A DNA stretch of 47,023 bases, the filler included, from Sphacelaria rigidula (lineage: Eukaryota), in NCBI GenBank assembly GCA_964200075.2. It is 2 parts of 2 records of this genome, joined end to end, with 100 filler letters (N's around TTAATTAATTAA, not from the genome) between each part and the next. Parts side by side here need not be neighbours in the genome. Positions count along the whole stretch, not along the records: positions 1 to 23,464 come from CAXNAA020000261.1; positions 23,565 to 47,023 come from CAXNAA020000262.1. One strand, 5' to 3'. Numbering within the stretch: position 1 is the stretch's first letter; every line of letters starts with the position of its first letter. Below the pieces are notes generated by a model that worked only from the letters and a program-made list of their open reading frames with translations, ran no database searches and had not been told where the DNA came from. A program made the translations under genes and the position numbers. Shown one piece after another: positions 11,786 through 23,799 of the stretch.

Positions 11786-11886
11786 CCCCTTGACGGCGAG
11801 CATAAGTCATCTGTTGAATCGGCTCCAATTTAACTTGTAAAACGTATGCATGACCAGATGGACTCGTACCCTCGCGGCCAACCGAT
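11786..11886. mobile_element. Second, more diverged piggyBac-like MITE directly abutting the first
   Basis: CCCCTTGACGGCGAG ... ACCCTCGCGGCCAACCGA; shares the CTAA junction with the previous copy. Confidence 0.5.
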
Positions 11887-14116
11887 CAAAAGAAATGAGT
11901 CGGTCCATTATTGTAGAAACTGAGTATCAATACTTTTTTCAACTATCCGACCAAGCGAACGAGGATATGTGTCGGCTTCTTTTTTTCCTATCGCGAAGAG
12001 TGAGGCAAAACATCACAACCTAATGATATGTGGCCCATCCGTTCGAACAAGAATGTTACATCATACGCGACACGGGGTTGGCCAGCGGCGAGCTAGGCAA
12101 ATGACGTGAGTGAGCCACGACCATGTGTCCCTAGGGTGAGCTACCGGGCGTAGCTCATCCGCTCATGCTTTCCCCGGGTGAGCTACAAGAGCTGCGTCAG
12201 CTACACATGTTTGCCTTGGGTGAGCTATCAAGCGTAGCTCATCCGCATATGTTTTCCCTGGGTGAGCTACAAGACCTACATGAGCTGCACATGTTTGCCC
12301 TGGGTGAGCTATCAACCCGTAACCCATCAGCTCATATTCGCCCTGAGTGAGCTATGGGATTTGCATAAGCTACGCATGTTTACCGTACGTGAGCTACCAA
12401 CCCGTAGCTCATCAGCTCAGATCCGTCCTGGGTAAGCTACGACGTCGTATGAGAGCTGCATGAGCTGCGCATGTTTGCCCTGGGTTAGCTACCAACCCGT
12501 AGCCCATCAGCTCATCTTCGCCCTGGGTGAGCTATGAGTGCTGCATGAGCTACGCATGCTTGTCCTGGGTGAGCTACCAACTCGTAGCTCATCGGCGCAC
12601 GTTTACCTTGTGTTGAGCTATCGGAGGTAGCTCACATATACATGTTTGACTATAAGTGAGCTACCGCCCGCAGATGAGCTTGCTCATGAGCTGTCCTACG
12701 TGTGAAAGCTCTCCTGCGATGCATTCTGTGTAACAAAAAAAGGACATCTTTGTTTCAAGATTGTAAACTAATGGCCAGCTTAGCACGTTGGGCGTGAAGC
12801 CGCTATTTGTCCGAGTTGAGATAGGCTGTCAGTTTCACTTTTTTTAGCTTCAAGTTTGCTCACCCAACCAGATGTTCCAGGTATCTCAGAGCGAGTGTGG
12901 GCTGAAACTACAAGTACCGGTGTTTCCCCTGTATACGTGTTTCGTTGTGTTCCGGCCAACGATACTGGAGCGACATCAGCTTTTGTTTTCAAAAGCAATC
13001 TGTAGCGGCAATTTTCGAGTAATATATGTCAGGTTCCGTTTGCGTGAGAAATACTCAAATGCTCTCTTTCTCTCCGCTGCCCAGCTCATCTACCATGAAA
13101 CGGGTTGCAGTTCACACCCAGCACGGGGCGTGTCGTCAACGCGGCTCAAATCCGCCGTCAGCTGCCCCACCAGTTGTGCTGCTCTACCAAGTCTACACGG
13201 GACTGGAAACAAAGTTTTGAAAAGTACAAGCTGAGCCGGCCACGACTTCGCTGCTGCAGCCCACTGGCCACGCGCGGCGCAATATTTCGAATTTCGGGGT
13301 GAAACTCCGACCCCAGATAAACTCAGAGGCTAACCCCTGGCCAGGAATCAAATTGATTTTTTGTTTTCACCCCAACTCCACATGACGTCATCCTTTCAGC
13401 TGTCTGAACCCCCCTTGAAGAAGAGAAGAATAGAGACAAGATCTGATCCCTTATCGAGCGTAGGCCCACGTGTCGCCTAGCTGGTGTCAAAATGTCACCT
13501 CTTTATTCGATAATTGCGCCGCGCGTGGGTGTTTTTGCGTAAGTAGTGGCTGGATGGAGGCTACGAGCTTGGTCGGCCTGAAACCTGATACCGTATTCTT
13601 CCAACCAACATACCTGGAGAACCGTGGCGAGATATCGCGAACAATTTCTGTGACCGGGAGATGGCCCATTCGTAAGCTCCGGCAGCTCTTGATGTACTCG
13701 AACGTGTTCCATCCGTAGGAAAGGTCGTGTACCGGTACATATGCTGGTCTGCGCAGCGTGAGGTTACCCACGAGGAAAACGAGCATCCCTTCGCGCCTTT
13801 TCGTGCATGTGCAGTATATGGCAGACGAGAAAAGCTTTGAGATGATGGTTAATATTTTCATGGGTGCCGTGTGAACGAGGTCGCGGCCGTACGAGACGCG
13901 GTTGAACCATTGAAGAAAAACGTCACGCGAACAAGCAATGGGATGCTTCGAAATCAAGGCTTCACCGGATAACAAGGCCTCGGGGAGTTAAACGTTACAT
14001 CTCAAGGTACAAAATTCACACAAACCCTATCCTTGTCATCCATACTCTGAGCCTACTGCTTGGTGATAAATCCCGGCTCCATGTCAGTGGGTTACTGTGC
14101 GCTTTGAAGACCTTTC

Positions 14117-14587
14117 GCAGTTCCTCGACCAGGTCTTTGGATTCGTCCTGCGAAGCGACGCACCCGCCTGAGTGTCAGTATCGATGCCTGGGACATGGAG
14201 TTGAGCACGTTATCATGCTGGTTCTTCGGATGTTCGTTTGTGTCACGCCGATACCGCAGTTTCGACATCCCGGATGAGATTGAGTACTCGCTTCCCCACC
14301 CTGCAATCTTTGCGTAAAACTTTGGCGATAGCTAGAGGATGTGCCGGCAGCTCTACACCACTAATTGCTATCGCCGAAGTTTCAACCCTAAGATCGCGGG
14401 GGGGGGGGGGTGAAAATCGAGTACTCGTGCTTACTCGGGATGTCTTTCGGCGTGATGTCAACAACGAAGATCCGAAGAGTCTGCACGACGACATGCTCAC
14501 GTCGATGTCCCAGGCGTTGATCCTGATGCTCAGGGGGGCGCGTAGCTTCTCCCACAACGAACCCGCGACTTGTGCCGAAACAATGCA
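14117..14587. repeat. Long imperfect inverted repeat (foldback), arms ~215 bp
   Basis: Left arm 14150-14332 aligns by eye with the reverse complement of 14367-14550, e.g. GCCTGGGACAT, TCTTCGGAT, TCACGCCGA, GACATCCCG, GAGTACTCG, AAACTTyGGCGATAGC. The outer ~35 bp match more weakly; loop ~35 nt. Confidence 0.8.
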
Positions 14588-14870
14588 TCAGCAAGCACTT
14601 TGATGGTTCCTTTTGCTGTCATGCACGTAAAAGGAATGTGTAGAGAATGCAGGTGCCGCGTGTGCGCCCACGCGGGCAGAGGAATCGCGAGCAGAGGGTG
14701 CGGCGTGTATCGAGGGAGGACGCATCACGTCGGCTGTTTTTCAGTGTGCTACGCGTCACGTGGGCTGTACCTATCCGAATACGGCATGTGTACAGCGGAG
14801 TCTGTAGGGCTGCGTCCGCTAAGAGAGGTCAGCTTTGTCTCTTGAAAACACATGGTAGCATTTATTTCTA

Positions 14871-14959
14871 TCCTTTGACCGCCAGGGGGGCTCGTGTCTC
14901 TAATGATCGCTTCAAAAATGACTGCAAAACCCAGATGATCTACCGTGACGGCCGAAGGG
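14871..14959. mobile_element. Diverged copy of the piggyBac-like MITE family
   Basis: TCCTTTGACCGCCAGGG ... TGACGGCCGAAGGG, similar to the termini at 11675-11781. Confidence 0.45.
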
Positions 14960-15528
14960 ATGAAATTCGGAGCTGGCAACAGTAGACGGATGGCGCTCTA
15001 CAGCGAGGTAACCGAATCTGATGTTGATATTCGTCTGTCCCATTCTCCAATGGTGCACTCGACACTATATGACGGAAAATAATAATCTGATTGTCTGTCT
15101 GTCCGACATTTTACTTATCAGGCCTAACCCTTGCCAATTTTTCATTTTTTTCGCATCTCATCACCCCTGCGGTTTGACCTCCGTGCGGTAACGACTGCCA
15201 ATAATCATCACGCAGACTCCCGACCTTGGCCAAACCCCACCTTTTGGGTTGGCATGTGTGTCGACTTAACACATTTGACTGAACAGGGACATGGTGCGGG
15301 AGTGTTGGTCATGATCCAATCCGCGAGACCAAAATGCAAGGCGGGTACCGGGCAGAGATGGATTGCTTGCTCCCTTGAGACCACAGACTCGTCCCGAGCA
15401 AGAGAAGGGGTTCGATGTGTTACGGAAAAAACTAGAGCCGAACGTGGGAGGGGATGTACTCATAATATTGCATGCCACAGTCATACGCCAAACGTGGGGG
15501 GGGGTTCATTTGAAATATACATGTCCCG

Positions 15529-16012
15529 ACCCACCTCCAGCATACAGTACGCGGATTACCGAATACGCGGTGGATATGCACTACAGCTACCCACCTCCAG
15601 CATACGCACACTACCGACCACGCGGTGGATATGTATTACACCTATTATTGTTGTGATGAGATCGCCAGCTATCATGTGTCTCTTCGAAGCGTATGTCGGA
15701 CTTCTCACGTCTGAGTCATGCACCCCGATCGAGAGCAGCACGCGAACGTCGTTCATCGGCGCTGCATTGCAGTCGAAATTGTCAACGACAGTGTGTTGTT
15801 CCGACGAGGGCGCCAAGTATTGGTGCCTCTTGAAATTCATATTAGAAACGACTGACAACAGCGATCACGCAAGCGCTCTGCCTGGGTGTGTCGACTTCTC
15901 ACATTGAACTGAAAAAGGTTATAATCGTGGGCGGTGATATGTGAAGAATGTGCGCCTCCCGACCACCTCTGGCATTCATGGACTACTGACCACGCTGTGG
16001 ATATGCGTTGTT
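15529..16012 (+). repeat. ~55-60 bp direct repeat, 3 copies (two tandem at 15529-15634, one at ~15958-16012)
   Basis: CCACCTCCAGCATAC...TACCGACCACGCGGTGGATATG recurs with variation. Confidence 0.7.
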
Positions 16013-16353
16013 GCAGCTGTCTGGGTTAGGGCTATACGTTTAGTGCTTCTGTAATGAGCATACACGGACTACGGGCATTTTATACTGCCCTGTAGTGTTT
16101 TAATGAATTTTGTGATGGATTCATGACCAAGCACGAACTACCGGCGTTACAGCTTTTTGCACTGTTGTGAGAAATTCATTTCACTAAAGCATCGTGTTGT
16201 TGTGTCCCTTCACATCCAGCGCTGGCTTGAAGCCCAATCGTGGCGGGTGTTGTGTGAAGAATGCACATGCCCTCTCACCCCATGCATTGAGACATGTTTC
16301 TGGTGGCAGGTTGACACAACACCTTGAAACAGCTCCACGGAAAATCTTTCATC

Positions 16354-16718
16354 TGTGTGTGTGTTGTCATCCCATCCATTCTGGACGCCGGCCTACACCT
16401 TTCGGTGTATGTGGGCGCACCAGCCGGGGTCACACAGGAGGAAAGTCAACAGAGGATTTTTTGTTTGTTTGTTTGTTTTTAGTACTCCGCCTTCCTTCTG
16501 CGGTGCCCGCCTTTTTTTTTTATCGCGAGAGGGATTCAGCAATCCCTTTCCCTCGTCGACCATTGAGTCGATTTTTGTGTACCCACGACATAAGTCGCTC
16601 TCCACTGTTGGGCATGGTGTGAGGAAAAATCCCAGATCGTGTGACTACACCGAGACTCGAACCCACGACCGAACCGTCAGAGGGTTTCGGGGTTACCAAC
16701 AGAGCCACCGGGGCGACC
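16354..16718 (-). mobile_element. tRNA-derived SINE, apparently full length
   Basis: Minus strand starts GGTCGCCCCGGTGGCTCTGTTGGTAA (A box) ... GGGTTCGAGTCTC (B box) and ends in a (CA)n tail; body homologous to 43361-43575. Confidence 0.8.
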
Positions 16719-17080
16719 GCCGAGTAGTGGTTACCATTCACCGGCTCTGCCCGTACCCCAGCGTCCCGAAGGGCTACCCTATAGAAGGAGCGTCCGTCGC
16801 CGGGGTGGATACGCTCGTGTGCGTGACAATTTGTTTTCGATTTATCGGCACCAATTTGGTGCGTTGCTTCCGTTTGGCTCTCGACTGAAACATCATGACC
16901 AACTAATGTGGTACGCTATACTGTACTCAGATATGTACCCCGTTCCACGTGTTTTGAAATCAGCCGAGGTCATTCTCCACGTTACCGACATTGCGAAAGC
17001 TGTTCACTCCAGTGGAGAAGAGCATGCCATTATCGTCCACTGGCATGACACAACAATATGTCAGGATCTTTGAGTTTCAA

Positions 17081-17463
17081 AGGAGAGTTCACCCCAACGG
17101 CGTGTGTGTGCGACACTGAAGTTGGTATCGTTGCGGAAATATAAGGTGGTAAAACCCGATGCACAAGAAAATGAAAAGAGCGCAAACTTTTGGCTCGAGA
17201 AACCTTCGGCCACGTCAAGTTCGGGTTTTGCCCGAGTAGAGCGATTTTTGCGATTTGGGATGGACATGATTGAAAATGCGACGGAGTGGTTTCGGACGAG
17301 GAGTAGCTTGCCTCTGCGCAAGAGGTCAGCTGAAACGAGGAGTTTTTAGCGTGTATTTTTCTAGCGTTTTTTTTTGTCCTCGCAAAAGGGGCGAAATACG
17401 GGTATTTTCGGGCCGACAGATATTTTTGGGCCGTGCGGCCGCGTGGGGTAAGCGAAATCTGCT
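17081..17463. mobile_element. Putative Kolobok-like MITE
   Basis: Imperfect TIR AGGAGAGTTCAC / GCGAAATCTGCT (9/12), flanked by TCAA and TTAA. Confidence 0.4.
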
Positions 17464-20234
17464 TTAATAAAAGTGAGTTTAACTATAAAAACGCCGAGAA
17501 GAATGTATTGAGAAAAGCTAAGAAAAAAAAAAGCGACCTCCGTTAAGGATCCGTAAAATTTAACTGCCTTATGGTGAAGAGGAAATACCTTTGAAGACAC
17601 CGCAGTAGAGTACGTGGCTTGCTCTGAGACAGATGAACGTCGAACGTACTGCACGGCATGTCAAGTTAGTTGCGCGGTATATTAAAAAAAAAAAATGTCA
17701 TGGATACCGACAGCAGTGCTGTCTGTACAACATCCGTAAGGCATCAGGTTTGTTTTCGAAGAAATATGGAGCACTCGTTTGTAAATGCTTGAGCGGGCAG
17801 CCGGAGGGTGACGCTTCAGAGCAAAGTGATGTAATCTGATGCTTGCAGAAATCTACAGACAGCGGTAGTAGAGCACGAGGCGTGCACTGATGAGGCGAAA
17901 GACATACTCACTGCGGCCCCATAGTACGTTTTTCCCCCCCGTTCCGCCATGTGTTGGATACTGATTTTCTCCGTAGAGCATCGACTTTGAATTTTGATGA
18001 AACATGGACCAGCTTTTATCTTCGAGGGAAACAAAAGTTTTTAGGTCGACCATCTCTTCGTGTGCTTTGCTTTAGTTTATATTTTTTTCACCTCTTAGTC
18101 TACTGTGTCGTTCTGTTCGACTTTGTTCTGTTTCTTCTTTTCTTGAGGGAGTGTTTCAACTTTGCTTCCCTTGGGTACGTCTATCATGCGACCACAGCTG
18201 GACCCATGGGTGGGCAGCTAAAGTGCGATAATAAATCAAGATCAAATCAAGAAGTGGAGCGAGCTACTTGCATTGAGACGGCAGACGCCATCGGGCGGCT
18301 GCACTGTACTGCATGCTTGTTGTGCTGTGCCTACCTATCCATGCCGTAATGTGTGCCGAACAGTCTGCAGTTTCCACGCGCTGAGATGTGTTGGCTGCTT
18401 CAAAATTAGCCTCTGCCTACCTTCTTTTTGCCAGGGGAGCCACCTGGCGGGCAACTTCCTTTCGTGAGAACCAGCAGAACAGTTATGTTGGCCGACTCTC
18501 CTCGGTGCGTTCTCTACGACCCATATACTTGGCCACTTGAACTTCATTTGTACATTGAACCTTTTTTTCTAAATAAGAAGCTCTGTTCTTTGTGGTCGTG
18601 GGCAGCAGCTATCCGTTCTTTGCAAAGATGATGAACTCACCCATCCGTACCCAATTCTGGAGTATTCTTTCCTACACGACGATGCTATGCCCGTAGCTGT
18701 AGACCACACACGCCGCTGTGAAGTTTTTAGAAGTCCTACGCGCATCGAACGCTCCGTGCGTATGGAAGGCCGAACACATTCTCCCACGGAGGCCGATGTG
18801 TCTTTGCGTTGTTTTTTACTTGGGTCAGGTGTTCTCGCTTCGTCTGCTATCTGATGCATTCCAGTTCGTGTGCAGTGAATATTTCGATAACCTCCCCCCA
18901 TTCCCCCCCCACCCCCCCCGAAAAAAAAAAAAGGACCCGCCGTTGAGACCCAAAACTGTCGAGATGTACTGTTTGATTGCGCACTCATGACTAACGATCC
19001 AGTGGAAGTCTGACTGCACATACGGTGAGGGTCTTCCCCATCCGCAGCTGCGTGAAGGTTGGCATCAGCCGATTGTTCCTTAGCTTGTAAATCAACGCTA
19101 CTTGAAACTACATTTGCTTCCTATAGTTTTATCAAGTACCATAGTTTTTCTTTTGAAGATAGTACACTTTCCCTGGTGAAGTGATGTACTCCGGGTTGTT
19201 CTGACTTTCTCATAGTGAGTTCTGCCCGCACCCTCATGCCCTCGCTCCTTTGATTGCTTGTCTCGTCAACACGGCAGTCGAAAACACCGCATCAGACAAG
19301 GATCGTTGCCTGTGTACGCCCGATGGTGACAGGTCCCTGGCGCGACTGCTACCAACGCCACCACCAGCGTTCACTATCGATACCCTTCAGGTGGTACCAT
19401 CGGCTAGAGATGAGAGTCACGTGTCACGAATCGACAGGGCAACATTCATCATGTGCATCCCCGGTGTTGGTATATGCACTTCAACGTCATGTGGATGGAG
19501 TGGGTACCTTTATGGTACACCAAAGGCCCGGTCCAAGAATCTTCAGATATGTCTTTTTTTTTCCCCTCATATAAACAATCCGACTGTGGAAAATTATTCT
19601 CTGTTGTTGATTTGTATCTATTTGTTCTTGTTTGGTAGCCTCAGTCACCAAAGGACGGCCTATCTTTGATGATAGGTTCTCCAAGGTGTATCCGACTGCC
19701 GAGCAAACTCGGAACAATTTCTTTGGTGTGTCATGAAGCCCCTGCTTGCAAGGGTGAAACGTCCGCCAGTATGAACGTGCGGTCTTAGCGTCTCTGAAGT
19801 CTCTCGTCATACGGTGACAACGTTTTTGCGAAGTGCACTGTAACGGGGGTCGTCATAACTTGTTGAAAGTTGTGTACGGTGCTGCCTTGATGGGTGCTTG
19901 CGGAGGATGCACCATGGCTGTTTAGCCTACTAGCGCTCGGCACACATGATGTGGGATGGTATACTAGACACATACTGGGCCTGAAGAGGATGAAACGATA
20001 GAGGGAGTTAAAGTGAGGTATCATCAAAATGAAAAGTACAGCTGGGCAGATATGCAGTCATCAGCGATCTCATCTCGGTGTCCACATTCAATTGTGTAGT
20101 GGGTAATAAATACATGGCCTTCACTGTATTATGTTCAAGTAACTAACGTCCTACACTCGACGGGAGTGATGAAGATGCGCACCTCGAAGGTGTGTGAAGC
20201 TACCCAACTTGAAGAGTAGAAATGAGTGATGCTA

Positions 20235-20432
20235 CGGTAGGGGTGCACATATATTTTCTGAGGTTAGAATTGTTAGGAGCCCTTTANNNNNNNNNNATTA
20301 CTACTTCAATGTGCTGGGGATATTCCGAATGAATTTGCAAACGGGGATGCCCTGACCCATGTTTGTGTGCATCTAGAATCGTTAGGAACCCTGAAGTAGA
20401 CATAATTGCGCGAAAAAAGTGCACCCCTACCG
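20235..20432 (-). mobile_element. Tc1/mariner-type MITE spanning a 10-N gap
   Basis: TA-flanked TIR CGGTAGGGGTGCAC / GTGCACCCCTACCG; interior 20305-20360 is the reverse-complement homolog of ~45980-46035. Confidence 0.7.
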
Positions 20433-20869
20433 TAGCGTTGCTCAAATATGAAGGGGCGCATTATGTGCCTTTGATTGCTACAAGCACCATAGCGCATACT
20501 CTAAACCTCGGTTCGGGCAAGTTAACGTCATGCTGGAGGCACAGTACAAATCATGCCCCTCAAGATATAGGTTTACTTTGCTAATGCCCTTCACACACCT
20601 GCATCATGTTTGCAAGAAAGCACGTATCACGCAGCCGCCCGCCCCCCCATACCCGNNNNNNNNNCATTCTTCAACGTTTCAAGATACAATTCTTCGGAAC
20701 ACAAAAAAACTTGGTCATTTGTACTGTACTCCAACATTACTCAGTCAAAGTCGTGTCAGACACAATCTAACTTGAATTCCGACCTTCCGATCCGACGGAG
20801 TCCTGTTGCTCGACCCCTTTCAATAGGCACAAGCATGTACATATCAAAATAACCTCTCTTTCTCCCCTC

Positions 20870-21320
20870 GTTTCGACTTGGGTTTGGGGACCTGGACCTG
20901 CCAAAAAGAAAAGATTTACCAGTAGTCGAAAGGAGGAGGTGGTGGATGCTCAAAACTGCCACCGTGGCAAAGCAATAGAGAGCAGATGTCATATGGTGGC
21001 AATGTGAACTGTACAAGGAGGAACGGGACTTGCTGAAGGAGGGAATGCGGGACGTGAACGGAGTTAGCATGGAATCGTTTGATGCGTTAGACAGTACGGG
21101 TAAAATGACGGTCACACGAAGAGATGAGTGACCATAGGCGGCGAAACAGGATGGGGATGAGGTATTTCAAACCTTTTTTGCGCAACGTATGGGAGGCACG
21201 TTATGAGCACCGGACTGTTGTAGATGTCTCTGCTAGGAGTAGGAACGTTGCTCGATGTCGAAAGGAATGCGTGGTCAGTAGTCAAACGACTAAGGCAAGA
21301 AACGAATGAGTACGTCCCCA
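20870..21320 (+). pseudogene. 3' end of a LINE (C-terminal Cys/His region of ORF2), 5'-truncated
   Basis: Broken translation FGDLDLPKRKDLP...DAQNCHRGKAIESRCHMVAM/CELYKEERDLLKEGMRDVN resembles a LINE CCHC-type tail; the last ~60 nt recur at 46841-46917. Confidence 0.75.
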
Positions 21321-22032
21321 TTTTTAGCTTGTAACAGTCTACTTCGGTCTTCCTTTCCTGCCCCCTCCATCTCCAGCCACGGGAAGAGGGCTGCTGCATC
21401 ATGGGCATTGCCCTCTCTCTCTCCATCAATGTCCATGGAGAGATCCTTGCAGAGAGGTGTTTGTGCTTGCTCGCCGGTCGCGATCCACCCCAAAGTCAAG
21501 CCCAACATTCATCACCGGGAAAACAATTTTGGAGTTCACGCCTCACCGAGAAGTGATGCTCGACAGGGGACATGAGGGCTGGAAATAAGCATGTCTCGAT
21601 AGCCACATATTTATCATTCCACAAAACGTTGCATCTCTACAGTCCAATATATTATCTTTTTTGTTATTCCACAGACCAACAGGCCGATGCACCCCAACAG
21701 TTATCGATATGTTATTTGAATTCGGAGGCACAATCATTCCATAGCATGCTGTGCGTGACACGCCGCATGCTCTATTTTTAATTTTTAGTTCAGCTGTCAG
21801 CTACAAACCGACCAACAATCAAATCAGGCGACGCCAGATACTCTCTTGTTTAAGCATGTTACGTGGAAATGTTTGCGTTCTTCGTGAGGATCCAGTTCTG
21901 CCCGCTTACAGCTCGCCCAACAACCAAAACAGATGATGCTTTACACTTTTGTTTGGGATGCTCTACAAGCCAGCGCATGCCTGTACACCTCATAATATTT
22001 CAGTTCTGCTGAGTTATTACAATTTGACCATA

Positions 22033-23203
22033 CGAGCTGGGTCAGCCTAGTGGCGGATCTGAAGTTTGCAGGCCTATAATCGTTTATACATAACAGGGTT
22101 TTCGTGAGATTGAGAGTAGATGATACGATTGAGAGAGGCTTTGATCATTCGCTTTAAGTGATTCATTTTTATTCCACGTGTGCTTTTCTTTTCCTCCATT
22201 AATTGCGTGTGCTTACAGCTACACGTCGATATCCTACCCAGGGATATCAAGGGCCTCAGTGGCCAGCTATTATTATCGCAGAAAGCATGTTGAGCCTCGT
22301 AGAAGTGCATTTCGGAACTGAAACGATTCACTCACTGGTTGACCGCTTTTCACTCCCAATCGTATCATCTACTCTCAATCTCACGAAAACACTGTTACAT
22401 TTTGAGTTGGACCCTGAAATTTGGTATGGACAATGTATAGGGCATAAAGAAAAAAATTACCTCGGTACCAAAAGTTTTTTTTTTTTAATCAATTGAACGC
22501 ACTTTACTAATACCTGAGAACTGATTATTGCCCTTAGATCATGGAGAAAAACTAAAAACCTTTTGGTACCGAAGTAATATTTTTTTTCATGCCTTAATCA
22601 TTTTCCATACCAAATTTCAGCGTCCAACTCTGAGTGTATAAAAAAGCCTGGGCCTGTCAAAAACCGGGTCGGTAGAAATCCGGAACAGTATTTCGCAGAC
22701 CACTCACCGGCCCACGTTTGGTTTTCGTGTATTGAAACTTTGTGTGGGCGCTCTCTAAGGCATAATTGACAAAAAAAAAGTAGGTCAGGTTGTTTTTTTT
22801 TCATTTTTCTTCACTGGTTTAGGGCGTTCTACTATGGTAAAGACCATTTCTTCACGAGAACGCCCTAACCTCTATGAAGAAAATGAAAAAAATGGAGGCT
22901 CGTTTTTTTTTTCGGCACTCTTTTGTGGTTCTCCACACCAAAATTCGTCGCCATCCACTGAAAAATGCATGGATCGGGAGATTCATAGAGATTTTAGTAT
23001 CGGGGCTTCTCCCTCAGGTATAGGAATTACTAGACATGGGGTATAATCAACGAGAAAATATGGGCCCAAACTTTTGAGCAGATGGGCACCTTCCCCTTGA
23101 TTAGACGATTAGTACGATATTATGCGGATCACGGCCCAACTCGTCTATGTCGATGCGATATTGCTTTTAGAGCTTAAATCCGTGTCTAGGCTGGCCCAGC
23201 TCG
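22033..23203. mobile_element. Non-autonomous Tc1/mariner-like element (1171 bp)
   Basis: TIR CGAGCTGGGTCAGCCTAG / CTAGGCTGGCCCAGCTCG with TA on both flanks; no transposase ORF. Confidence 0.8.
22403..22630. repeat. Internal inverted repeat (~73-bp arms)
   Basis: GAGTTGGACCCTGAAATTTGGTATGG...GGTACCAAAAG versus CTTTTGGTACC...CCATACCAAATTTCAGCGTCCAACTC. Confidence 0.8.
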
Positions 23204-23464
23204 TACAAACGGCTGATATGAAGCATTTTTTTTCATGCCATGCTCGAACATGTATGTCCCCAGATCATGTAATACTGTGTCAACCCTAGGCAGTTTCAAC
23301 TCTACCAGTAAACAGTAATGCGTGATGCGCATCTCAGTCTGTACTCAAGTACTCATGCGGCGGGGGCACCGGTCAATTTTCATCTCTAAACAACAAATGA
23401 ATTGTGCGAATTGAGGTTTAACTCCGAGATGAGGTTCAAGCCTAAAACAGTGCTTTCCCCACAC

Positions 23465-23564
23465 NNNNNNNNNNNNNNNNNNNNNNNNNNNNNNNNNNNN
23501 NNNNNNNNTTAATTAATTAANNNNNNNNNNNNNNNNNNNNNNNNNNNNNNNNNNNNNNNNNNNN
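23465..23564. other. Artificial scaffold linker (44 N + TTAATTAATTAA + 44 N)
   Basis: Exactly 100 nt, symmetric, with a palindromic core carrying stops in all six frames. Smaller N gaps at 20287-20296 and 20656-20664. Confidence 0.95.
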
Positions 23565-23799
23565 GTGTCAAACGTCATGAGAGTGAACAATCCGTGGACC
23601 AAAAATCTGTTTGCCATAACATCCGGCCTTATATGTAAAAAGAGTCATCACTTGGATCACAAGGAAGGACAAATGCAGCAGCACACCCCTACAAACAACA
23701 ATACAAGAGTCGGTAGAGAGGCGCCAACGCACAAACGGCACACATGATCAGAAGGGGAGGAGGGGGGATCCAGGAATATTCTCTTTGTGCGCTCCTGTC

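Larger units (their letters stand above)
11310..12695 (+). repeat. AGCT-rich modular tandem repeat, interrupted at ~11670-12120
   Basis: Many same-orientation modules such as GAGCTGCATGAGCTACGCATGTTTGCCCTGGGT and GAGCTACCAACCCGTAGCTCATCAGCTCATATTCGCCCTGGGT, in two blocks (~11310-11665 and ~12120-12695). Confidence 0.85.

Noticed and set aside
11310-12695. CRISPR-like appearance of recurring short modules
   Set aside because: There are no unique spacers (intervening sequence is itself repeated), no cas genes, and the context is eukaryotic.
12774-13240. Possible MITE with GGCCAGCTTAGC / GCTGAGCCGGCC ends
   Set aside because: Only a 12-bp imperfect match, with no TSD and no second copy.
13487-13975. 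162-aa minus-strand ORF
   Set aside because: No recognisable motif and no ATG at the called start; possibly a decayed TE, but unassignable.
15131-15907. 258-aa plus-strand ORF
   Set aside because: It runs through a local direct repeat, starts at TTG and has no domain signature.
16640-16718. tRNA gene
   Set aside because: A/B boxes are present but there is no full cloverleaf, and it continues into a repeated SINE body.
19650-20220. Coding-like decayed stretch (GRPIFDDRFSKVYPT...)
   Set aside because: Many stops and no family-diagnostic motif I can support.
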